A DNA stretch of 64,000 nt from an uncultured Actinomycetota bacterium. GTDB lineage: Bacteria; Actinomycetota; Actinomycetes; Propionibacteriales; Nocardioidaceae. Positions within the stretch are counted from its first letter, which is position 1. Every line of letters starts with the position of its first letter. Made by a program: the position numbers and the translations under genes. The notes beneath the pieces are model-generated. The model saw nothing but the letters and a program-made list of their open reading frames with translations. It did no database searches and had not been told where the DNA came from. This document shows, piece after piece, positions 56,768 to 64,000 of this stretch. The stretch is from the NCBI GenBank assembly GCA_963762105.1, contig CAVXJG010000012.1, positions 32,922-96,921 of the forward strand. Direction: 5' to 3'.

Positions 56768-58138
56768 ATGGATGCCCGACAGGCTGACTTGCTCAGGACC
56801 ATTGACCCGGCGGAGCTGGGTCTTCGGCTGCGCGCCGCGCGCGTGGCCAAGGGGATGACTCAGACAGATCTCGCGGGCGAAGAGGTCTCGGTTGGATACG
56901 TCTCTCGCATCGAGGCCGGACATCGCCGTCCGAACCTCCAGGTGCTCACCGATCTCTGCCGCCGACTGGGCACTCCCGTCGAGCAGCTGCTCATGGGCGT
57001 CGCGCCTCAGGACCTCGAGCAGATCCGGCTCACCCTCGACTTCGCGGAGCTCTCGCTCGAGTCGGGTGAGCCGCAGGCCGCCGAGGCGCAGGCCCGCGAG
57101 GCCCGCGAGCTCGCCGAGGCCGCTTCACTCAAGGACCTGGTCTACCGCGCCCGCTACCTGCTCGCTCGCTCGCTCGAGGCCCAGGGCTTCGTCGACGACG
57201 CGATCATCGAGCTCGAGAGCCTGATCGTGCCGATGACCGGCGGCGTCACGCGGATCAAGGCCGGCATCGCGCTGAGCCGCTGCTACCGCGAGTCCGGCGA
57301 CTTCGGCAGGGCCGTCGAGGTCGGCGAGCACATGCTCGAGCACCTCGCCGACACGCCGCTGGACACCTCCGACGAGGCCGTGCAGCTGGCCGTCACCGTG
57401 GCCGCTGCCTACTACGTGCGGGGCGACGTCGGCCAGGCCGTGCGCGTGTGCCGCAAGGCAATGGCAAAGGCTGAAACTCTAGGGTCGTCCACGGCCCGTG
57501 CCTCGGCATACTGGAACGCGAGCATCTTCGAGGCTGGGCAAGGCGCGGTAACCAATGCGATCCCGCTCGCCCAGCGGGCCTTGGCCCTTCTGGCCGAGGG
57601 ACAGGACGCTCGCAACCTCGCCGGGTTGCGCACCCAGCTCGGCATCATGCAGCTGCGCCTCGACCCGCCCCAGGTCGAGGAGGCCCAGGAAAATCTCCGT
57701 CAGGCGGCCGAGGAGTTCGAGTGGTGCAGCGCAGGCCCTGTGGTGGTAGCCCACAACGAACTCGCCCAGGCACGCGCGCACTACCTGCTGGGTGAGGTCG
57801 ACGTTGCACAGACGATGAGCCAGCACGTTCACGAAGCAGTGCAGGCCCACGCTCCGATCGTGGCAGCCGAGGCTAAGGCTCTCGAAGGACAGACATTGGC
57901 AGCCATGGGGCGCATGGACGATGCGGTCATCGCCTATCGGGAGGCCGTGCTAGTTCTCACGAGCATCGGATCCGACCGCGGAGCAGCTCAGCTGTGGTTC
58001 GAGCTCGCCGGGCAACTCGAGGACGCCAACGAATTCGACGCGGCACGCGACGCATACCGAAGCGCCGCGGCGGCTTCTGGTCTCCAGATCCGCCCGCGGA
58101 TTGCGGCCAGGCAGCAGGTCTCAGTAGAGACGCGATAG
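56768..58138 (+). CDS. XRE-family HTH plus TPR-repeat transcriptional regulator (RRNPP-like architecture)
   Basis: LGLRLRAARVAKGMTQTDLA...VSRIEAGHRRP HTH followed by about 380 aa of Ala-rich TPR-like helical repeats. Confidence 0.88.
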   Translation: MDARQADLLRTIDPAELGLRLRAARVAKGMTQTDLAGEEVSVGYVSRIEAGHRRPNLQVLTDLCRRLGTPVEQLLMGVAPQDLEQIRLTLDFAELSLESGEPQAAEAQAREARELAEAASLKDLVYRARYLLARSLEAQGFVDDAIIELESLIVPMTGGVTRIKAGIALSRCYRESGDFGRAVEVGEHMLEHLADTPLDTSDEAVQLAVTVAAAYYVRGDVGQAVRVCRKAMAKAETLGSSTARASAYWNASIFEAGQGAVTNAIPLAQRALALLAEGQDARNLAGLRTQLGIMQLRLDPPQVEEAQENLRQAAEEFEWCSAGPVVVAHNELAQARAHYLLGEVDVAQTMSQHVHEAVQAHAPIVAAEAKALEGQTLAAMGRMDDAVIAYREAVLVLTSIGSDRGAAQLWFELAGQLEDANEFDAARDAYRSAAAASGLQIRPRIAARQQVSVETR

Positions 58139-58154
58139 TGCTGTGAGACGTCGT

Positions 58155-58289
58155 TCAGCAGCAGAAGACGTCGCGCATCTTCGCGGTGTTGTGCCCACCA
58201 CTCTGGGGCGCAACGGCCACACTTGCGGTTCCGACCATCGCCATCAAGGCGGCGGCAACGGCGGCGACGACCAGCTTGCTACGAAGCAT
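58155..58289 (-). CDS. Small secreted peptide (44 aa), candidate signalling propeptide
   Basis: Manual translation MLRSKLVVAAVAAALMAMVGTASVAVAPQSGGHNTAKMRDVFCC; RBS gagagggaga just upstream of the ATG; n/h/c signal-peptide pattern. Confidence 0.75.
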   Translation of the reverse strand: MLRSKLVVAAVAAALMAMVGTASVAVAPQSGGHNTAKMRDVFCC

Positions 58290-58352
58290 TGTGTTTCTCC
58301 CTCTCACAGGGACCGGACTGTCTAGCCCGGTCGAGGACCATGGTGGACCCCA

Positions 58353-58382
58353 CTTGACAAAAAGTCGATCTTGACTTTTGAC
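58353..58382 (-). promoter_or_regulatory. Candidate operator upstream of the peptide gene
   Basis: Inverted repeat AAAAGTC-N6-GACTTTT (58360-58379), repeated TTGAC, and gtcaaaagtcaaga on the minus strand (58369-58382). Confidence 0.55.
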
Positions 58383-58580
58383 GCTTGTCCAGCAAGGGGT
58401 ATTCGCGCGCTCGCTCGAAAGCGCATCGTCGCAGGTCAGAGGCCCTTTTCGAGCGATCTAGACCACCTCACACGAAGGCCCGGATATTCACCCGATTCAC
58501 TCCGCGCAATGCCTCCCGGTTGTAAAGTTGAGTCAACATCGGATGGCAAACGAGAGTTCTGTCGGCCGGTCGAAGTATGA

Positions 58581-58686
58581 ATCTCGCGGGCGTCACACCC
58601 CCCCGGCAACCGTGAGATCGCGTACTGGTTCCCCCCACCAGTGCGAGTGACCCCCTGCGGCCCCCCGCAGGGGGTCCTTCACATTT
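58581..58686 (+). ncRNA. Candidate 6C-like small RNA with three C-loop hairpins
   Basis: Stems 58581-58618, 58621-58645 and 58649-58676, each capped by a run of 6-7 C; G-U pairs favour the + strand. Confidence 0.6.
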
Positions 58687-58715
58687 CGGGCACTTGTTCC
58701 CCGGAGGCGCCCGGT

Positions 58716-59255
58716 CTAACGGACCACGCGGTAGTCGACGAGAAGGTGGCCACGAGTTGAGGCAGTGCCGCGGATCGTCTCGAGCCTGATGGCTGGCAAC
58801 TCGTCGAACAGTCGTTGCCCGTTCCCGGCGATCGTCGGCGCGATGACGAGCCTGAGCTCGTCGACGACGCCGGCAGCAAGCAGCGTCCGAGTGACCGAAA
58901 TGCTGCCGTGGACGCCGATATCGCCGCCCGGCCGATCCTTCAGGTGCGTCACGAAATCGACCAGCCCGTCCTCGATCACGTGCGAGTTGGTCCACTCGCG
59001 TTCGAGCGGCGTCGACGTTGCGACGTACTTGGGAACGGCGTTGATGAAGGAGGCGAAAGGCTCGATCTCGCTGCCTGGCCAGAACTCAGCCCATTCGTCG
59101 TAGCTGCGGCGGCCGAGAATGACCGCGTCCTGGGTGGCAATGAGATCGGCGCCGCTGGCATCCGTCTCGTCGTCCCACGCGGTGATGAATCGGTCGGGAG
59201 CCTCAGCCACTCCATCGAGAGACAAGAAGTAACCTGCGACGACTTTGCGCGACAA
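58716..59255 (-). CDS. Dihydrofolate reductase/RibD C-terminal family protein
   Basis: FLSLDGV, LGRRSY, KYVATST, DIGVHGS, P.IAGNG.RLF. Confidence 0.88.
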   Translation of the reverse strand: MSRKVVAGYFLSLDGVAEAPDRFITAWDDETDASGADLIATQDAVILGRRSYDEWAEFWPGSEIEPFASFINAVPKYVATSTPLEREWTNSHVIEDGLVDFVTHLKDRPGGDIGVHGSISVTRTLLAAGVVDELRLVIAPTIAGNGQRLFDELPAIRLETIRGTASTRGHLLVDYRVVR

Positions 59256-59402
59256 GGTGGGCTCCTTCGCAGCTGGTTGGAGTGGTCGCTACGCCTCAGG
59301 TCAGCATGGTGACAGGTCCGGGTCGGTGCCGGGTTCGGCGTACCGGTCGCGCCTGCGGACTTGTACTGTGACCTGCCGAGAACCGCGTTGATCGGAGACC
59401 CG

Positions 59403-60440
59403 ATGACCAATCTCTCCATGCACGAGGACCTCCCGTTCGACGAGGCGACGACACCACCGCGCGTGTCGACCGGCGATCTCCCCACCCGCGCGGAGATCCG
59501 GCAGCTCGTCACCGACGCGTACGAGCGCTACCGCGACAACAACAGCGGAACCGTCGCGGACTACATCCCCGTGCTGGCGGAGGCGTCGCCGGATCTGTTC
59601 GGGATCGCCGTGGTCGGACCCTGGGGTCGGTCGTTCGAGATCGGAGATGTCGGTGCCCGGTTCTCGATTCAAAGTGTCTCCAAGCCGTTCGTGTTCGCCC
59701 TCGTCTGCGACACGCTCGGGTATGAACAGGCTCGGCTGCGCCTCGGCGTCAACAGCACCGGCTTCCCGTTCAACTCGCTGATGGCGATCGAGCTCAACGC
59801 CGAGCGGACGATGAATCCGCTGGTCAACGCCGGCGCGATCGCCACCTCCAGTCTGGCGCCAGGCGCCACGCCCGACGAGAAGTGGGCGTCCATCCGAGAA
59901 CGCTTGTCGATGTTCGCTGGGCGCGAGCTCACCATCAACGCCGAGGTCTACGCCTCCGAGTCGGCCACGAACATGCGCAACCAGGGCATCGCCCACCTCC
60001 TGAAGAGCTATGAGCGGCTCTACTTCGACCCCGACGAGGCGACCGACATCTACACCCGCCAGTGCTCACTGGACGTCACCGTCCACGACCTCGCGGTGAT
60101 GGCGGCCACCCTGGCGAACGGCGGCGTCAACCCGACGACCGGCGAAAGGGTGATCAGACCTGGCGTATGCCGGCGGGTACTGGCGGTGATGGCGAGTGCC
60201 GGACTCTACGAGCTGTCGGGCGACTGGCTCTACCAGATCGGCGTCCCGGGCAAGAGCGGCGTCAGCGGCGGCATCGTGACGGTCGCCCCCGGCAAGGGCG
60301 GGCTGGCCACCTACTCGCCACCCCTAGACGCTGCCGGCAACAGCATCCGCGGCCAGCTGGCGACCAAGTACCTCGCCGAACGGCTCGGGCTCAACCTCTT
60401 CGCTTCCGTTCCTGCGGAGGGGTCCCCGCCCGAGTTCTGA
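59403..60440 (+). CDS. glsA: Glutaminase A
   Basis: VADYIPVL, FSIQSVSKPF, NPLVNAGAI, YTRQCS, PGKSGVSGG, SPPLD..GNS. Confidence 0.93.
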   Translation: MTNLSMHEDLPFDEATTPPRVSTGDLPTRAEIRQLVTDAYERYRDNNSGTVADYIPVLAEASPDLFGIAVVGPWGRSFEIGDVGARFSIQSVSKPFVFALVCDTLGYEQARLRLGVNSTGFPFNSLMAIELNAERTMNPLVNAGAIATSSLAPGATPDEKWASIRERLSMFAGRELTINAEVYASESATNMRNQGIAHLLKSYERLYFDPDEATDIYTRQCSLDVTVHDLAVMAATLANGGVNPTTGERVIRPGVCRRVLAVMASAGLYELSGDWLYQIGVPGKSGVSGGIVTVAPGKGGLATYSPPLDAAGNSIRGQLATKYLAERLGLNLFASVPAEGSPPEF

Positions 60441-60489
60441 TCGGGCTGCGGCGCGACGGCAGGTCGTGGGCACTTGCCGCACGCCGCGC

Positions 60490-61107
60490 TCAGGGGAGGG
60501 TGATGACCGTCGGCGGCTCGGACCAGGGCGACCAGAGACCGCCACTGCCCTGGCAGCGAACGGCGTACGTCTCCGTTGACCCGTGGCCCTGGAAGATGGT
60601 CCAAGTGCGCGCACCACCCTGGTCGACCCCGTCTCCCAGCGAGGTGTAGGTGCCTTCGCCCGCCAGGATCCCGAGGTCCTGGCTGACGCATCCGATGCCC
60701 GACCCGCTCCAGATGCGCACGTAGCCGTCCAAGTCCTCCACCCAGCCCAGAGGACCCGCAGGTCCCTCCGGGGGCGTGGCGACGTAGACCCACTCACTGG
60801 TCCCGAGCGGCTGGTTCTTGCGGGTCTCCGCGCTCACGAAGAACACGTGCTCGTCCCCCGGGTAGAGGCCGGTGACGCGCGCCGTCGTCGCGGTCGTGTA
60901 GATCGGCGAGGCGCTCGAGGTGACGACGTAGTGGTGGGCGCCTTTGACCGAGGTCCACGTCAGGTCGACGGTGCGGGTGTCGACCGCGACGGCCGAGGTG
61001 ATCTGTGGCGGCTCCACAGGCGCCTTGGCGGCCAGCGCTGGCGCGGCCGAGGCTCCCCCCAACGCGAGGGTCAGGACGAGACAGACGAGGATGCGACGTG
61101 CGCTCAT
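60490..61107 (-). CDS. Secreted fibronectin type III-like protein
   Basis: Signal peptide MSARRILVCL...ALA; LTWTSV...Y...VTGLYPG..H.F.VSA. Confidence 0.65.
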   Translation of the reverse strand: MSARRILVCLVLTLALGGASAAPALAAKAPVEPPQITSAVAVDTRTVDLTWTSVKGAHHYVVTSSASPIYTTATTARVTGLYPGDEHVFFVSAETRKNQPLGTSEWVYVATPPEGPAGPLGWVEDLDGYVRIWSGSGIGCVSQDLGILAGEGTYTSLGDGVDQGGARTWTIFQGHGSTETYAVRCQGSGGLWSPWSEPPTVITLP

Positions 61108-61288
61108 GCGGTGCTTCCTGGTCGAGGGAGCCACTACCCGAGCCCCCGAGTTCGGACACAATACGTCCGGCCCCCGGCACACGCATTCGCCCCAAAGGGT
61201 GGTGCGCCGGAGGCCCCCGGGGCCTACTGGTGAAGGAGAACAGGGCGGTAGGTCACGGCACCGGCTGGCTAACGCCCTTGCCGACCGT

Positions 61289-62161
61289 TCACGGGGTGGG
61301 AGGGCTCGGGTTGAGAACCTCGGCCAACCGGGTGGCGATCGAGGCCAGGTCGCGGGGTAGCGCTGCTGCGTCCCGCGACGCGAGCAGGTTCTCGACGCCC
61401 TGCCGCGCGGCGCGCACGGCGTCCCGCAGTGCGCGCGCCCGCGTGCCCCGCACCTCGTCCGGTGCCGAGGACTCCAGGGTGGTGAGCTGATCCTCGGCGA
61501 GGACCACCCTGCCCGCCGCGACCTGCCACCCGCCCGCGACCGCATCCAGCGAAACCGACTGCTGCAGTTGGGGAAGGAGCTCGCCGGCCAGCCACGCCGC
61601 TTCATCCTCCGCTGAGGCCAGCTCCGCGTCCCACGCGCTCCGCCGGCGGGCCCGCGCGACCAGGACCACAGCCAGGGCCGCGGCCAGCACCCCCAACCCC
61701 GCGAGGGCCCACCAGACCCACGACGGAGTGGGCTCGTCTGCGGCCGGCTCCGTTCCCGACGCCTGCTCCGCCTCGTCCGTCGGTGAGGGCGACGGAGTCG
61801 GCGTTGCGGTCGGGGTCGGGGTCTCAGACGGGGTCGGCGTATCAGACGCTGAATCACTGACTTCCGGGGTCGCTGTCTCGCTCGGCTCGCTCGACGAGGG
61901 GCGCTCCGAGGGTGACCTCGAGGGCGGTGCCGACGTCTCGGGCGGGCTCTCGGAATCCGACGGGGCCTCCGATGGCGTGGGGGTCTGGGTCTCTGCCCTG
62001 CTCGGTGAGCGCGTCGGGCTGGGGAGCGATGCGGTGGGCGATCTGGTGGGCGAGGGCAGGGCGACGGACCCGTCTCCGCCACACGCGGCCATCATCAAGG
62101 CCATCAGCAGAGCCACTCCCGACGCTGTTGCAGCGCGGATGCCGTTCGTCCCGACGGTCAT
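61289..62161 (-). CDS. Putative lipoprotein/membrane protein with a Pro/Ser/Thr-rich stalk
   Basis: Lipobox MAAC, PST-rich linker, TM WVWWALAGL, helical C-terminal domain. Confidence 0.65.
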   Translation of the reverse strand: MTVGTNGIRAATASGVALLMALMMAACGGDGSVALPSPTRSPTASLPSPTRSPSRAETQTPTPSEAPSDSESPPETSAPPSRSPSERPSSSEPSETATPEVSDSASDTPTPSETPTPTATPTPSPSPTDEAEQASGTEPAADEPTPSWVWWALAGLGVLAAALAVVLVARARRRSAWDAELASAEDEAAWLAGELLPQLQQSVSLDAVAGGWQVAAGRVVLAEDQLTTLESSAPDEVRGTRARALRDAVRAARQGVENLLASRDAAALPRDLASIATRLAEVLNPSPPTP

Positions 62162-62428
62162 CGTGGTCTCGCCGAAGCCCTTCATGGAGTGGTTCCCGAG
62201 GCGCGCCCGACCGCGCCGAGCGCTGAACATGCTACCGACGGCCAGCCAAGCGTGGTGAGCCCCGAAAACGACCGCGACATGCCTACCCGCTGAGACCCGC
62301 GGCACCTCCAATGCTGGGACGCTTCACCTCAGGCACCATGCACCCAGGCGGTCGGAACGGGCCGCATGGGCGGTGCCCGCCGCGGGACGACCGGGTCAGC
62401 GGAACTGACGTGAGCAAAGGAGTGAACG

Positions 62429-62818
62429 ATGGACGCAATCACGACGGACTTCGGAGAAGTCCTCCTGTGGAGCTTCTGGTTCTTCATCTGGGTGGCAGCC
62501 ATCATGGTGTGGCTCCGGTGCATCTTCGACCTCTTCGGAGACCCCACGCTCAGCGGCTGGGGCAAGGCTGGGTGGGCCGTCCTGCTGATCTTCGTGCCCT
62601 GGCTCGGGGCACTGATCTACCTCATCGCCCGGAACGCGAGCATGACCCAGCGCCAGATGACTGCCCGACAGCACGCCCCACAGGAGGAGTACATCCCGAT
62701 GGGTGTTGGCACCTCCACGGGTGCGGCCGAGCAGATCGCCAGCGCGAAGGCGCTGCTCGACTCCGGAACCATCAACCAAGCCGAGTTCGACGCGTTGAAG
62801 GCCAAGGCCCTCGCCTGA
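62429..62818 (+). CDS. PLDc N-terminal/SHOCT domain membrane protein
   Basis: DLF.D..LSGWGKAGW...PWLGALIYLIAR; AKALLDSGTINQAEFDALKAKAL. Confidence 0.88.
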   Translation: MDAITTDFGEVLLWSFWFFIWVAAIMVWLRCIFDLFGDPTLSGWGKAGWAVLLIFVPWLGALIYLIARNASMTQRQMTARQHAPQEEYIPMGVGTSTGAAEQIASAKALLDSGTINQAEFDALKAKALA

Positions 62819-62952
62819 CGGCCCGGTAGCCACCGCGATCGCGCCTGTCGTCGTCCGGGCGACGGGCATGCGTGGCCGGGCCGAGTCCGTTCAGCCGAGC
62901 CAGCCGCGCCTGCAGTGGCGCATCACGACCGAGGATGAAGAGGTCGCAAGGA

Positions 62953-63390
62953 TCAGCTCTTGTTCAGCTCCTCGGCGAGCATCACGATGATGCCGCTGGG
63001 GCCGCGAACGTAGGTCAGCTTGTAGACGTCCCCGTAGGTCGCCACGCCGCGCAGCGGGTGGCAGCCGTGCCTCGCGGCGATCTCCAGGGCTTCGTCGATG
63101 TCGTCGACGGAGAAGGCGACGCGGTGCATGCCGATCTCGTTGGGCAGGGTGGGGTTCGTCTCGATCGCGTTGGGGTGGATGTACTCGAAGAGCTCGAGGT
63201 GACCCTGGCCGTCTGGCGTCTGGAGCATGGCGATGTTGGCGTGGTTGCCGTCGAGGCCGACGGCGGTGTCGGTCCACTCTCCACTGACGGTGTCACGGCC
63301 GAGGACGGTCAGCCCGAGGTCGGTGAAGAAGGCGATCGCCGCGTTGAGGTCGCGGACGGTGACGCCGACGTTCTCGAGTTTGATGGGCAT
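62953..63390 (-). CDS. VOC/glyoxalase family protein
   Basis: NVGVTVRDL, LELFEY, HRVAFSVDD, YVRGPSGI. Confidence 0.88.
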   Translation of the reverse strand: MPIKLENVGVTVRDLNAAIAFFTDLGLTVLGRDTVSGEWTDTAVGLDGNHANIAMLQTPDGQGHLELFEYIHPNAIETNPTLPNEIGMHRVAFSVDDIDEALEIAARHGCHPLRGVATYGDVYKLTYVRGPSGIIVMLAEELNKS

Positions 63391-63399
63391 CCGGGCACG

Positions 63400-64000
63400 T
63401 TACCGAGTCGCGGCTACCTGTTCAGCGCCGTGAGCTGCCGGGCTGCGGAGCAGCGCGATGCCTACCGCCGCGGGGATCGCGGAGATGGCGACCACTGCGC
63501 CGATGACGCCGTACACGTCCCCGAAGATCGACTGCAAGGGGCTGTCCAGCAGGAACATCACAACCAGGACGGCGACGCCTACAGCGAGGATGCCGATCTG
63601 ACGACGCTCGACACCAGAGCTGCGACGCAACCGCAGGAGCATCGACGCCAGAGAGGTCAGTGCAAGGACGGCAAAGCTTGCCAGAGCGACCAGCTCGACC
63701 GTCTCGAGCAGGGCTTCCGCGCCGGCGATGCCGATCGGGTTGACGGGTGATCCCTCGACGTCCTCGTCGATGACGCCGGGCCCGAACACGACTGGCACGA
63801 CCCCGGCGACCAATGTTGCGGCGCTCGCCCAGACCACCACCCGCCACCGACGCGAGGGGAGCTCGCCCGAGGGGAACAGGAGTGGCAGGAACGTCAGCAG
63901 GATCGCCATGACGACCACGAATGCCGCCTCGGAGACCAACATCGCCAACGCCTGACCGGGAAGGTCGTGGTCTGAGTACCCGCCGGCAAAGACACTCAGG
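63400..64000 (-). CDS. Multi-TM membrane protein (sensor-kinase N-terminus-like), 5' end outside the window
   Basis: LLFPSGELPSRRWR...NPIG...RLRRSSGVERRQI; ends without a kinase domain. Confidence 0.6.
   Translation of the reverse strand, partial: LSVFAGGYSDHDLPGQALAMLVSEAAFVVVMAILLTFLPLLFPSGELPSRRWRVVVWASAATLVAGVVPVVFGPGVIDEDVEGSPVNPIGIAGAEALLETVELVALASFAVLALTSLASMLLRLRRSSGVERRQIGILAVGVAVLVVMFLLDSPLQSIFGDVYGVIGAVVAISAIPAAVGIALLRSPAAHGAEQVAATR

Noticed and set aside
58143-58374. Plus-strand ORFs 58143..58325 and 58186..58374
   Set aside because: They overlap the minus-strand peptide, which has the better RBS and signal-peptide pattern.

Overview
High-GC actinobacterial chromosome, Nocardioides-like by inference from gene content. 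The backbone is housekeeping: nrdJ-nrdR, LysM-lexA, dinG, secDF, a polyamine-type ABC transporter, ggt, phoX, hflX, dapF, miaA, miaB, gluABCD, tam-tamR, ABC-F, ispE, rsmA, rpfB, tatD, rsmI and a protein O-mannosyltransferase. Accessory genes include a SauUSI-like PLD-helicase-DUF3427 nuclease and a TIR-STAND ATPase-TPR protein, plus an accessory tail from about 56.7 kb. Two things stand out. (1) At 56.7-58.7 kb an XRE-HTH/TPR regulator faces a 44-aa signal-peptide-bearing peptide (ending RDVFCC) that the ORF track misses. A near-identical 14-bp motif lies upstream of both genes, and a three-hairpin C-loop (6C-like) RNA candidate lies divergent from the peptide. Together these suggest an RRNPP-like peptide signalling module in an actinomycete. 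(2) About 20 copies of a REP-like repeat (GGTYTCGA-hairpin-CTCRACCA) are spread over 3.5-54 kb. They bracket a small GIY-YIG nuclease gene symmetrically, sit in frame inside nrdJ, nrdR, miaB and a GcvT-family gene, and supply the stop codons of three genes. Many single-base frameshifts in conserved genes probably reflect sequencing or assembly indels rather than true pseudogenes.
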